NCBI RefSeq assembly: GCF_006345805.1
Contig: NC_043000.1
Location: 21,824,001-21,888,000 of the forward strand
DNA length: 64,000 bases
From: Octopus sinensis
Lineage: Eukaryota
Direction of reading: 5' to 3'
How positions within the stretch are numbered: the first letter of the stretch is position 1; each line of letters starts with the position of its first letter. Position numbers and translations under genes: made by a program. Of this stretch, positions 11,711 to 24,850 are shown in pieces. The notes beneath the pieces are model-generated. The model saw nothing but the letters and a program-made list of their open reading frames with translations. It did not search any database and was not told the DNA's origin.

Positions 11711-12689
11711 AAATTTTGGCACAAGGCCAGAAATTTTGGGAGAGGAGATAAGTTGATTACATTGACCCCAGTTCTCAATTGGTACTTATTTTTGCAACCC
11801 CGAAAGCTAAAGTCGATTTTGGTAGAATTGTCAATAAGTATTTTTCCTGCCTTAAATAATAATTTTTTCTATTATAGGCACACGGTCTGAAGGGGGAAGG
11901 GGCAACTCGATAGCATCAACAAAGTGTGCAATGGGTATTTATGTCATCAACCCCGAAATGATGAAAGGCAAAGTTGACTTTAGTGGAATTCGAACTCAGA
12001 ACATAAAAGCCCATTGTGTCAATGATTCTGCCAGCTCACTCCCCAAATAATAATAATAGCTTAACATCCTCCTTCCATGCTGGCATGGGTGGATGATTTG
12101 ACAGGACCTAGGCAGGTAGAAGCCTGCACCATACTTCTGTATCTGTTTTGGTATGGTTTTTTTTATGGCTGGATGCCCTTCCTAACAGCAACCACTCCAC
12201 AGAGTGGGCTGAGTGCTTTTCACATGGTACCAACACAGACAAGGTCAATTTTGGCTTGGTTTTTAACAGCTGGATCCCCTTCCAAATGCCAACTGCTTTA
12301 CAGTACGGACTGGATACTTTTTAAGCGCTACCTGCACTGGCAGAGTCACCAAATAACTTTGCAAAGCAAGGGACGTTTGAGGGGAGAGAGGGCATTGGAG
12401 GATTCTAGTGTAGGCACTAGTCTTGAAATTTAGAGAAGTGGGTATTAAATCCATTGTCCCCAGTACTTGGCTAGTATTTTATTTTATTGACCCTGTAAAG
12501 ATGACCAGTCAAGTTGCTCTTGCCAGGATTGGAATTCAGAATGTGAAGAGCCAGAACAAATGCTGCAAAACATTTATTCCAATACTATCGGACTCTTTTG
12601 CCGAACTGCTAAGTTACAAGGGCGTAAACACCCCAGCATCCAATGTCAAGCGATGTTAGGAGGACAAACACAGACATACAAACATATAC

Positions 12690-12745
<56 letters not shown>

Positions 12746-12750
<5 letters not shown>

Positions 12751-12947
12751 GGAAATGAAGAAAATGCTGACAAAATAATTTAAGTAATTTAATTAGGTGA
12801 AAGTTCTTTTTACCGGTTGTGCATTTGTTATGCTTATCAAAAGATTAGAGTTCCTTTCTGCATAACAAATGCACAACCGGTAAAAAGAACTTTCACCTAA
12901 TTAAATTACTTAAATTATTTTGTCAGCATTTTCTTCATTTCCTTTTT
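12746..12947. repeat. Perfect 88-bp inverted repeat (26-nt spacer) inserted in the (TA)n tract of a family B SINE
   Basis: 12746-12833 is the exact reverse complement of 12860-12947. Confidence 0.9.
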
Positions 12948-12982
12948 TATATATCACAACTCGTGTTCCACATCTCCTTTTT

Positions 12983-13044
<62 letters not shown>

Positions 13045-13235
13045 CACATATATACGACGGGCTTCTTTCAGTTTCTGTCTACTAAATCCACTCACAAGGC
13101 TTTGGTCGGCTTGAGGCTATAGTAGAAGACACTTGCCCAAGGTGCCATGCAATGGGACTGAACCCAGAACCATGTGGTTCATAAGCAAGCTACTTACCAC
13201 ACACCCACTTCTTACAAATGCCAACTACTTTACAT

Positions 13236-13395
13236 AATAATAATAATAATAATAACATCGAAAAATACCTTAGGAATGAGAACCCAGGTTTGAAATTTCC
13301 CCAAGACACCTGATGAAGGCTGGACGGTAGATCAGCCAAAACGTGTTAACAACAAACAAGATGAGGACAAATATCCGTCAAATGTAAATAATGTA
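13236..13395 (+). mobile_element. 5'-truncated second copy of the hammerhead element seen at 6886-7260
   Basis: (AAT)n-catcgaaaaataccttagg...acacCTGATGAaGGCTG..CAGCC-aaaac (G12 lost)...gatgaggacaaatatcc. Confidence 0.8.
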
Positions 13396-15944
13396 CTAAT
13401 GATTCTACCAGGCATAAGACCAGCATAGAATACACATTAATTTTTCCTGATTTTTGTTTAATTATCTCTTTCAATTTCTAGTTTGTGGTAATCAGATATG
13501 GCAATATTTCATTCATTTTAGAAATCATTAGCATAAAAATAACTTCTGATCTAGTTACAAGGATAGTAATTTCATGGGGAGGAGTTGGTCCATTAAACCA
13601 ATGCCATTACTTGACTTTTATTTTATCGTCCTCAGAGGGGAGAAAAATAAAACTGACTTCAGCAAAATTTGAACCTGGAATATAGAGTTGGAACTAAATA
13701 TTACAAGGCAATTTAACAATTTTATCAACTGCAAAAGGATGAAAGGCAAAGCTGACTTCAATGAAATTTTAACTCAAAATGTAAAGAGCTGGCAGAAACA
13801 TTATCATGCCGGATGAAATGCTTAGCAGCATTTCATCTGTCTTTACGTTCTGAGTTCAAATTCTGCCAAGGCTGACTTTGCCTTTCATCCTTTTGGGGTC
13901 AATAAATTAAGTATGAGTTGCATACTGGGGTCGATCTAATCAACTGGCCTGTCTACCAAATCCACTCACAAGGCTTTGGTCAGCCCGAAGTTATAGTAGA
14001 AGACACTTGCCTAAGGTGCCACGCAATGGGACTGAATCTGGAACCATGTGGTTCGTAAGCAAGCTACCTACCACACAGCCACTCTTAAACATTTTGCCCA
14101 GTATGCTATCAATTCTGCCAGCTCACCACCTTTATGATGATAATGATAATGAAGAGGAAGAGGGGGAATGATTTGAAGTAGAATCATATTGTTTTCCTCA
14201 TGAATATGTCATCTCAGCAGTATGTCGGTGGTGGGGGGGGGGAATGTACACTGACTGGTGATTATGCTTTTGCATAACACTTAAACTACAAACCAATGGA
14301 TGTAACAGCTTGTGTCAATAAATAAACTCCTTAAATTTTTCTTTAACATTTCCAGTACATTAAGAAATTAATCAGCCACCCTGTGACAGCTTTCAGAATA
14401 GCATTGGGGTCATGTTTAATGTGCTCGTCACATAACATGCAGCTGTTTATAATCGAATGCCCTTCAGAATTGTGGATATATTTTCACTGTGGGAACAAAA
14501 CAGACAAGCACATATGGTATTGGATTTTGGACTCCATAAATTATTGAGGATTAGGTTCAAAGCTATAGCACTCTGATGTTTCTGGATAGGATATTTGAGT
14601 CTACATATCTTTTTACCCCCAACTATCAGTAATAAATACCAGATCATAAAATATTGATTAGAGTTATCTCTCATCTATTTCATGCTGTAGATTTAAAGCT
14701 AAGCACAATTTAGAAAACAGTTTTACTTCAATCTTTTCTTGAAAAGAAAAAAAGGAAGAAAAGGTGATAGTCTAGTTTGAAAACACACAGGCATACAACA
14801 CATCATCATCATCATCATTTAACGTCCGCTTTCCATGCTAGCATGGGTTGGACGAATGACTGAGGGCTGGCGAACCAGATGGCTGCACCAGGCTTCAATC
14901 TTGATCTGGCAGAGTTTCTACAGCTGGATGCCCTTCCTAATGCCAACCACTCCGAGAGTGTAGAGGGTACTTTTACATGCCACCGGCATGGGGCCAGTCA
15001 GGTGGTACTGGCAATGACCTCGCTCGAATCTTTTACACTTGCCACAGGCACAGGTGCCAGTAAGGCGATGCTGGTAACGTTCACGCTCAAATGGTGTCTT
15101 ATTCATATGTTTTTATGTCAAGCTCTAATAAAAACAATTTAACATTAAGCAGAAAAATTATTCAATACTTTTTCCAAAGTACATACATTGATATACTTTT
15201 TACAAGAAAGGGGTGACAGTGACTTCCAAGTTTCAGTCTGATGGTCTAAAGAAGGCTAGTAGTCTAAAACTTTGAAGTCACTGTCACTGCTTTTTAGTAA
15301 AAGTATATTTCTATATGGAGAGAGAGAGAACATATGGTAGAGAAGACACTTTCGTCTTGTTGCCATGATAAAATGAACTCTTTACTCTCTTACCTATTTC
15401 AGTCATTTGACTGTGACCATGCTGGAGCAACGCCTTTAGCCAAGCAAATCGACCCCAGGACTTATTCTTTGTAAGCCTAGTACTTATTCTATCAGTCTCT
15501 TTTGCCGAACCGCTAAGTTACAGGCATGTAAACACACCAGCATCGGTTGTCAAGAGATGTTGGGGGGACAAACACAGACACACAAACATATATACACACA
15601 TACATGTATATACATATATACGATAGGCTTCTTTCAGTTTCTGTCTACCAAATCCACTCACAAGGCTTTGGTCGGCTCAAGGCTATAATAGAAGACACAT
15701 GCCCAAGGTGCCATGCAGTGGGACTGAGCCTGGAACCATGTGGTTTGTAAGCAAGCTACTTAGCACACAACCACTCCTACACCTATAGTAAGGGTGTCTA
15801 GAAAATAGAAACAGTACCAAAACATATGACCCTTAACTTACCTTGAAGGGCAGTAACACCATCTAACAGTTAACATGGATTGTGATGATGAATCCAACAC
15901 ATACCAGTGAGAAGAAACCAAAGTAAAACAATGATGATATAGAT

Positions 15945-16197
15945 CAGTGACTCTCAAACATTTTCGGGCTGTTGCCCCCTTGACACCTAGGCCACATTTC
16001 TAGTGACCCCATCCCAAAGACCTCTCTCTGAAGCAAATTCAATGCGACTGTGTTTCACAAATATAACAACCTAAAAAACCTATTTTGTTTTTTTTCATGG
16101 AATCGCTACTCCGTTATCACTCCACTTTTCTTCAAAGCTCCCTTGGAACTTTCCAGTGTCCCCAGGGAGGCAATACCACCCACTTTGGGAACCACTG
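15945..16197. mobile_element. hAT (Charlie-type) MITE
   Basis: TIRs cagtgactctcaaa / tttgggaaccactg; perfect 8-bp TSD atatagat (15937-15944, 16198-16205). Confidence 0.9.
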
Positions 16198-17740
16198 ATA
16201 TAGATGAACTTGAAACAGACCCAGAGTAGAGAGGATGTGTTGTTGATGAAGTCATGAATGGCAACAAAAGCACTTTGACAAATTTAGCTGATTAACTGAT
16301 CAACTAAAGGATTAACCTATTAGCTAATCTTTTTATTTTTTACTTGTTTCAGTCTTTAGACTCTGGCCATACTGGGGCTCCACCTTGAATTTTAGTCAAA
16401 AAACAGACCGCAGTACTCAATTTTTTTAAAGCCAGGTACTTATTCTATTGGTCTATTTTACAGAACTGCTAAGTTACAGGGATGTAAACACACCAACACT
16501 GGCTGTCAAACAGTAGTGGGGGACAAAAACACACAAATACATATATATTACACACAACAGGCTTCTTTCAGTTTCCATCTATCAAATCTACTCACAAAAC
16601 TTTAGTCAGCCTGAGGTTATAATAGAAAACATTTGCCCAAGGTCCCACACAGTAGGACAGAACTCAGAACCGTGTGGTTGGGATGCAAACTTCTTACCAC
16701 ACAGCCATGCCTGGGCTTAATACTAATAATAAAAGAAGGGAATTAGAACCATTTATTATTGCCATAATGACACCCTTCTGAGATACAACAATATATTTCC
16801 ATCGTTTTCCATATTGGTGTGAATTAGGTGTCTGTGACATGGCTTTTACAGACAGATGTTTTTTATTTCCCTCACCACTAGCATGCTACAAGTATAGCTA
16901 GATAAGTCATCAGCAGCAAGACTAATAAGTGCTTTTTTTCTGTAATGGATTGATTTCTCTTGCTTTTTTTATTAACACAACTCACACACACTCTCATACG
17001 CACTCACTCACTCACTCACGTATGCATACACTCACACACATACTCACTCTCACACACTCACATATCCATGCACAGACACACTCACACATTGCTTACTGCA
17101 TGCAGCAATGTATATCCTGTACAGATTTTTCTTTTTCTTTTATTATTTATTTTAGTCACTGGGCTATAATGGGGGATAAAACAAGCACACACACACACAC
17201 ACATATATGCACATACATGTGCATCCATCATCATTGTTTAACATCTGTTTTCCATGCTGGCATGGGTCGGACGGTTTCACTGAGGTCTGGAAAGCCAGTG
17301 GCTGCACCAGGCTCCAATCTGATCTGGTAAGGATTCTACAGTTGGATGCCCTTCCTAATGCCAACCACACCAAGAGTGTAGTAGGAGCTTTTTATGTGCC
17401 ATCAGCACAGGAGCCAGTCAGGCAGGCAGGCCTGGCATCAACCACGTTCAAATGGTGCTTTTTACATGCCACCGGCACGAGAACTAGTCAGGGGACACTG
17501 GCATCGACCACATTCAGATGATGAATTTTACATGCCACCGGAACAGGAGCCAGTCAGGGAGCACTAGCCACAGCAATGATTGGTTTTACTTGACTCAACA
17601 GGTCTTCTCAAGCATATCATATCACCCGACGCATCAAGGGTCCTTTTAAATGGGCCGGACATGCAACACTGGCAACGGCTATGGTTGCGATCTCACTTTA
17701 GTTGCCAGGTCTTCTCAATCACATCATATCTCCAGAGGCC

Positions 17741-19369
17741 CAGGCATACCTCACCTTACATCGTTAATTGGTTCCAGGAAACACAACTTCCATGACAAAA
17801 CAACTTAAGTCGAACTAACTTGCCTCTAGGCTTGGATAGGTCGAATTTACTTGTCTCTAGGCTAAACTGATAATAACCATTCCCAGTTCTGTACTTTATT
17901 TATGAATGCATTCTCAATAATGCATGGTTAATAAAAACCTATTTTAAGCTTACAAACAAAAACTTTTTATTTTTTAATACAGTACAGTAAAAAAAAAGTA
18001 ATCTAAATTTACGAATACAATTTGGCGGCCTTTACCATACATAGCGGACACTTTATTCATGAATGTGGTTTGCAATAAGACATGGTAAAATTAAAGCCTT
18101 TTTTAAGCTTAAAAAACAAATTCAGTAATTATTATTATTTCGCAATAGTAAAAAAAAACTAAATTATTTTAAATTTACCAATATGTACATACAATTTGGT
18201 GGTTTACATTGCAGATGTAGATGGCTGTGAATCGTCAACATCAACAGCTGACTCTGGCTGTTCTTGTTGTTTGATGCACTTAAAAGACCAGTTGAGAGTT
18301 CCTTGAACTGTCTTTTTCTTTTTTTCAAGGATTACAATATAAGGTGCCAAAGCTTTGTGACAAGTCCCCATAATCTTGGAAAAGTATTGAGCATTTGGAT
18401 CCATATTCTCGAACATAGAAAGACCATTTTTGATACATGCAAATGCTTGCTGCATTTTCTTAATGGTAAAGTGATGTGGCTCAGGTTCAACTTCCTCTTC
18501 TTTATTTTGCTGCTCATGAAGCTCTATCAAATCCTCGTTCATCAGGGGCTTCTTGTCATTTTCAAATAAATCTGTGAAATCCTCCTCCTCCAAATCCATT
18601 CCCAATTCTTTGCTCATAGTCACCAATGTTTTGTTGATGGCAACATTATCAAACCCCTTAAAATCATTCATGAATTGCGGGCATAGCTTCTTCCATACAC
18701 CAATCAAAGCCATGCTCTGTACATCATTCCATGCTGCTGATATGTTCTGTACAGCTTTGTAGCTATCGTATCTCTTCCAAAAGTCATGAAGTGTGATGGA
18801 TTAATCAAGATCAGTTGCAGCTATTATTGCCACAAAATACGCTTCATATATTAAAGCTTGAAGATAGCAATTATTTTACTATGAATTTTCTTAGGAGCCA
18901 TGGGGGCAAAAAATAAAGTCACAAATGAAAGAGGATGAGAAAGTAGCTGATAAACAGACAAACAAATCTGAATTCAAATTCAAAGCAATTGCAGGAATCA
19001 TGAGTGACAACGATGCCTAACAGTAGATATTGGAAGTACAGTGCAATATGAGTTCCAAAAGACTGATAAATAAGACAACACAGTCAATTTAATGATTTTG
19101 TTCATTAAGCTACACTACTTTATGGTGTGTATCTTAATATTTACTGTACATATTTTAATATGATTTCATATGCTTTTATTCTTATTTATTGTACAGTAAC
19201 ATGATTTTATGTGCTTTTAATGGTTTTCTAGTGATTTTATGATTCCAATATTTGTAAAGTCGAGTAAAATGACGTAACTTGATTTTTTTTTCCATATATA
19301 TTATTTTTGAAAACCGATGTATAATTGAGAACAACTTTAATTGAAACGACTTAAGCCAAGGTATGCCTG
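17741..19369 (-). mobile_element. Tigger/pogo DNA transposon, internally deleted, with transposase C-terminal remnant (about 18204-18870)
   Basis: TIRs caggcatacct / aggtatgcctg|TA; minus strand gives FWKRYDSYKAVQNISAAWNDV..VWKKLCPQF..DFKGF..PLMNEDLIEL (Tigger C-terminus); about 155-bp internal tandem duplication at 17890-18200. Confidence 0.9.
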
Positions 19370-21245
19370 TATACAGACACACACACACACAAAGTTCACC
19401 TACATTGGTTGGCTCAGGGCTGTAGTGGAAGACACTTGCCCAAGGCACCATGTAGTGGGACTGAACCAGAGACCATGTAGTTACAAAGCAAGCTTGTTAA
19501 CCACATGGCCTATACAAGGTAATATTATGAATCAGTATATTCCAAATATTTTTGTTTTGGAAATGGAAAACATGTTACAATGGATATGGCTGAATGAAAT
19601 AAAATCTATGTATTTTCAAATCCTAGCTTGGATTATCAAAAAAACAACACAAATTCTATGGTTTGCTTAATTAATTTCAGTTATCATATAAATCTGGTAA
19701 AACTGTAATAAAATAAACTGTATTTAGATTAATGTAATAAAATAAATGGCATTTGGATTTTTATTTTATTTTCACTGGTTTAACATTTTGAATAAATACA
19801 TTTTTAACTAAAATTATATCCTAAAAAAAAAAGAATATTAAGATCAGAAGGAAGAGAAAATTGTATACAGAGGAATATAAAACAGTTCAAAAAGACCCCC
19901 CCTGCTCCCAACCCTGCCAAAAACATTTTTACTAGGTGTGTACATGTATGTATACACATGTATATACACCAAGAATGTTAAACTTAATTACCTCATGAGA
20001 AATATTTGGCAAAATAAAATTCAAAAATAATAAATATATTAATAATACAAACCAACAAAAAGTAGTTAACAATATTTTGAAATAATTCTCAAATATAAAA
20101 AAAAAAAATTCTTTCTAATTTTTGGCACAGGGCCAGCAGTTTTGAGGGAAGAGAAGGGATTTGATTACATTGACCCCCTAGTATTTAACTGGTGCTAATT
20201 TTATCAACCTCGAAAGGATGAAAGGCAAAGTTGACTTTCACAGCATTTCAGCTCAGAACATTATGGGGTCAGAGGAAATACCAGAAAGCATTTTCTCAGA
20301 TGCTCTAAATATTCAGCCATCTTGTAATGAAGTTCCGGGTCAGTAATCCTTTAATAAACACTACTGCTTAGATGATAATTGTTTACACACCCTGTTTCAT
20401 TCAACATAAGCATTTCTACAACTACTAAATAATTTTCTATATCATCACAGTTTTTCCTGTGCATTAAGTTATAGGTATGTGTAACTATGTACATAATTAT
20501 TGTATACAAATTCATAATTATCTCTCAGATAATTTTGAACTATATTTTGTTTTTCTGTTATAGAAATTTTATGAACCATAACTTTATATTATCACAAAAC
20601 TCTTATCTTTTTCTCTGAGTTTCAATGAAATATCTTTGCCAATCTTAATATCACTAACATGACAAAGGGGCCATTCACTGAAGACCCTCACTATCACAGA
20701 CAACTGCTATATTCATAGCAAACACAATAGAGAAGTACTCATAAAAAAAATGTTTTTATCTATGATTGGTAGGGGGGAAAATTTTCCTCACCCAACCCTT
20801 TTTTTTTGTATGCTTAGGTTATAATCTCCTCTGATGAACCAATCTAAAACTGTTTTCACAATCCAAGCTCATTAAGTTAACCATATACTTATTGACAGTT
20901 GTAAAAGTAAACTACAATATACCAATTCAGTTTAAACAGTAATTGATAAAAAAAAGCTCAAATCTATTTTAGGGTGTCTCAACTTCAAATATTTACAGGC
21001 AGATAAATCACAAGTTGCTGTGTTGATGAAACAAAAATTATTTTTAGATTTGAAGGCCCTTTCATAAAAGACATTGTAATTCATTAATAAACCTGAGATG
21101 ATTTTGGACACTATAAAGTCTTATAACAAATATTTAAAAGCATTTCTGGAAATCTGAATAAACACAATGAACAAATAATGAATCCTCATAGAAAAAAGAC
21201 ATGATGTATACAACAGACATGTCTTTCCAAAGGGCTTTAGTGATA

Positions 21246-21536
21246 CAGGTACAACACCAACTTTCTGGACACTGACAGTCCACACGAATTTATGAGTAGG
21301 AGCTTCAAATTCCTACGACCACCAGACAAGTTTACTGGGAGGTCCTGCTTTACAGTACTTTACACAGTACAATATTAATAAACTTGTGTCATTTATATTA
21401 ATGTACAGGTTTCATTTAATTAGGTAAGTAAATTTAATATTTGTTTAATTTAACAGTAACACTGCTTGGTTCAAAAACATCAGTCATCTGGAAAGGCTTT
21501 GGAAACAAAGGTACCAGAAAATTGGGGTTGTACTTG
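21246..21536. mobile_element. Tc1/pogo-type MITE downstream of the gene (possibly in its 3'UTR)
   Basis: TA|caggtacaacaccaactttctgg ... ccagaaaattggggttgtacttg|TA; 23-bp TIRs with 3 differences. Confidence 0.75.
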
Positions 21537-21954
21537 TATAAGTAAACTCCTCTAAATGGTGGATCGAAACTGAACTGTAGATTCGATTTCAATAACTTTC
21601 CCTGCATCATAATGTTACAATTAGAACAAATTGCATTCTAATTTATAATAATTACAATCAATGAAATAACAATGCAAGGTAAATATATTATCACTATATG
21701 ATGTTTTTTTTTTTTTTGATAATGCTCAATAAATACATTTTTTAAAACTAAGTTTGGATTAGCATGAATGGTTCTGCAAGGTTAAACATTTTGTATAAAT
21801 TGTTAGAGCAGGTATTTTACAGTTGGATAGGTTCTTGTTTGTTTTTTTTTTTTATTAATGTGTACCACTTGAATGCGAAAGAGAGAAAATTTATACTTTT
21901 AAATAAATTGTAAGAGACAAATACAGTTGCATATGCTGCCTTTCCATAGCTTAA

Positions 21955-22153
21955 CCCTTTTGTTACCGTATTTCTGTTGAAATATACTGATTTACTTTCT
22001 ATTAATTTTGAAAATAATGAAGAATTTAGTTAATTAGCTTTGTCGTTATGAAATTGGTGTTTCCTACTTGAGGGATTAATTTAGATCACTTAAAAACAAG
22101 AAGTTTGTATCAGAGAATCAGAAGTAGTCTCAGGCAGGTTGGCATCAAAAGGG
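21955..22153. mobile_element. piggyBac-type (TTAA) MITE followed by a more decayed tandem copy (to about 22423)
   Basis: TTAA|cccttttgttacc ... ggcatcaaaaggg|TTAA. Confidence 0.8.
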
Positions 22154-22747
22154 TTAAAGCTTTTGCTACCATTATTTTAGAAATGATAGACAGCCTATGT
22201 GTTTCAAGTAATTTTCACAATAATTAAAATTTGGAATAGTTTAATAAAATATAATACTTGTTGGGATATTAAATTGATTTTTGAATTTAACTTAAAAATA
22301 AAAATTTATCTGTGGAAATTTTGCATTACCATTCTGGTAGCGAGTAGATTTTGGTTGAGATTTTAATTTAAATAAAAACCACTTTAATAAAAGATGGTCC
22401 ATGATTTGATGGAAGTGAAAAGGTTAAACCCACATTCTTGAATAACTCACTTATACTGTACTTTTTTTCTGTTTTCTGGGTTTTTAAAATTTTTTTTTAT
22501 TTTAGAGTATGTAGTTAAAGTTCTCAACAATTTCCTGAACTATTATAGATCATCGCTTAATATCTTATCTCAATCATTACATTATATTCTTAATTCAAGT
22601 ACATTCTCCTGTTTGGTTCAGTTTATACTTTGCAAGAAAGCAAAGTATCGTTCATGCTTCATAAAAATGTTATGTAATGACATTAAGCTAAAAATTCATT
22701 TACTCCAAAAATTAACGAAAATGTTTAAAGTTACAGAACTATACAAC

Positions 22748-23034
22748 CTGCAGTAACAAAAGAAGAATAAATGAATGTGAAAAAAAAAAAAATAATAATT
22801 TCAGATTGGAATGATGTCTATGTAAGACAGATGTTAACCAAAAATTAAAAAAATTTTCTTATCAGCTCTAAAAAAAGTTTTGCATATTTTTACTCCAAAG
22901 AATTTTTGAAGTAAATAATTATTCAAAATGTTTGTGAATAATTGTGGAAATGAATAATAGAGCTGGTACTTTTGAATCATTCTAAAAATCCAGTATATAC
23001 AAAAATAGATTCTATACATTTCAAAATATATTAC
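22748..23034 (-). other. Probable 3'UTR intron of the coiled-coil gene
   Basis: Donor TAG|gtaat 11 nt after the stop codon; strong acceptor ttattcttcttttgttactgcag at 22748. Confidence 0.55.
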
Positions 23035-23045
23035 CTAAAATTGCA

Positions 23046-23468
23046 TTATTTTAAGTCAGAATTTGTTTGGTTCTCACTATCAAAGTCAGTACTATCAAAT
23101 GTATCTTCGACAGATAACCGACGTACATTGTCTAATATCAAAGATAATCTTTCTTTATTTAATGATAAGGGTGAACTGTTTCCATCACTTTCAGAACTTT
23201 CCTCGTCTTCTACCTCATTGCTTTCGACTTCTAGTGAGGACACTGTTGTGGATTTGCTACTTGGATCACTCATCTGGTTGATGTCTAATAAACTGGTAGG
23301 ATTAGAAATCATGTCTGTACTTCCTCGGTGACTAACCTGCCGAGAAAGATCACACACAGCACTCCCATCAGCTGAGTAACCAGAGTCACTTAAGCAAATA
23401 TCATCTGAAGTAACACTACCATTTTCTTTACAATTATCCTTTTGTAGTCCCGCTTTTTCTAGTTGGTT
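23046..23468 (-). CDS. Bfr1/PPI-like coiled-coil protein, last coding exon (Ser/acidic tail)
   Basis: Acceptor ttttctttttacag; NQLEKAGLQKDN...SENQTNSDLK*, phase 0. Confidence 0.85.
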   Translation of the reverse strand, partial: NQLEKAGLQKDNCKENGSVTSDDICLSDSGYSADGSAVCDLSRQVSHRGSTDMISNPTSLLDINQMSDPSSKSTTVSSLEVESNEVEDEESSESDGNSSPLSLNKERLSLILDNVRRLSVEDTFDSTDFDSENQTNSDLK

Positions 23469-24733
23469 CTGTAAAAAGAAAAAACAAAAAATATGTAAAT
23501 ATATAACAGAAGAAAACATGTAATTTACACAATATTTTAATATATGACAAAATTCACATTGCCACCAACAGCAATTTTGTTCAAGAAGTAGAAGTCCTCC
23601 CTATCAACTTATTTTGCAAGATTAAGCAACAAATTAGATAGGATAACTGCCACTACGTGCTGCCTTGGGCAAGTGCCTTCTAATATAGCCCTGTGACTGG
23701 AAACTGAAATAAGCCTAATGTGTGTGTGTGTGTGTGCGTGTGTGCACGCGCGCCTGCATGTATGCGCATCTGTGTGTTAATGCTGCTTTGCTTTGACATT
23801 GCAGGGTAGATATAATCAACTGTCATTGTCATGCAAGCAGTATCCTTTGTTTCTAATCTTCAGTGAAAATATTCCTGGTTACCTTGCTTAGAAACAATTG
23901 GGTGTTGGGACAGGAAACGCATCCTGCCTTAGAAAATCCACCTCAACAAATTCCATCAGACTCATGTGAGCATCATCATCGTTTAACGTCCGCTTTCCAT
24001 GCTAGCATGGGATGGACGATTTGACTGAGGCCTGGCGAACCAGATGGCTACACCAGGCTCCTATCTGATCAGGCAGAATTTCTACAGCTGGATGCCCTTC
24101 CTAACGCCAACCACTCTGAGAGTGTAGCAAGTGCTTTTATGAGCCACCGGCACGTGGGCCAGAGAGGCGGTACTGGCAGCGGCCACGCTCAAATGGTGCT
24201 TTTTATGTGCCACCTGCACAGGTGGCCAGTCCAGCAGCACTGGCAACGACCTTGCTGAAATGTTTTTTCACATGCCACCAGCACAAGTACCAGTAAGGGA
24301 ATAGTGAACAATGATGATGAATTTTCCAATACAGATTATCTCTTATTTTCTCATATTCTACTGTTTTACTAAGTCATTTTATGTGGCACTCTATCAATTC
24401 TGACAGGTTATTCGCTTTAACGTAAACAAACAAACAAAGTTTGCTTTAGAAGCGTTGAGATGTCTTAGAAAGTTAAAGAAGTGATTTTAAATTCTCAAAC
24501 GCAGGATACAGGCTATATTATTAGCATTATCCTGCATTTGGGAAATTAAAATTAATCTTTTTTTTTTTTAGTTCAATTTCTATGGTTGCAGATAAGAGAT
24601 AGAATCACAAAACAAACCAAAAGTAAAATAATACCAGCTGGTGTGTCTGGATTTGAGTGAACTAATACACAACCACTGATATTATGTTATAGAAATATCA
24701 AAATTTAATATAATTTGATTTTATATTACGAAC

Positions 24734-24850
24734 CTTTAACTGTTGGAGTTTATCAATTGTTGAGAAAATGTCACAGAAATTTGAAGTGGGTGGTAAATTA
24801 ACACTTTCAAACAAAGAAAATATCTCCGGAGAATGTGCTAAAGGCTTGTT
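24734..24850 (-). CDS. Bfr1/PPI-like protein exon
   Basis: cag|NKPLAHSPEIFSLFESVNLPPTSNFCDIFSTIDKLQQLK|gt, phase 0-0. Confidence 0.85.

Noticed and set aside
18204-18713. 169-aa ORF as a domesticated TIGD-like gene
   Set aside because: Only the C-terminus remains, upstream stops/deletion remove the DDE domain, and both TIRs are still present
21262-21290. IRE-like CAGUGU loop on the minus strand, or an snRNA/SL-RNA-like hairpin cluster
   Set aside because: Upper stem has two mismatches and no C bulge, the Sm site is non-canonical, and the region lies inside a MITE
21437-21610. Approximately 58-aa minus-strand ORF with apparent inverted paralogue (YKYNPNFL / YRYNTNFL)
   Set aside because: The similarity is the MITE terminal inverted repeat
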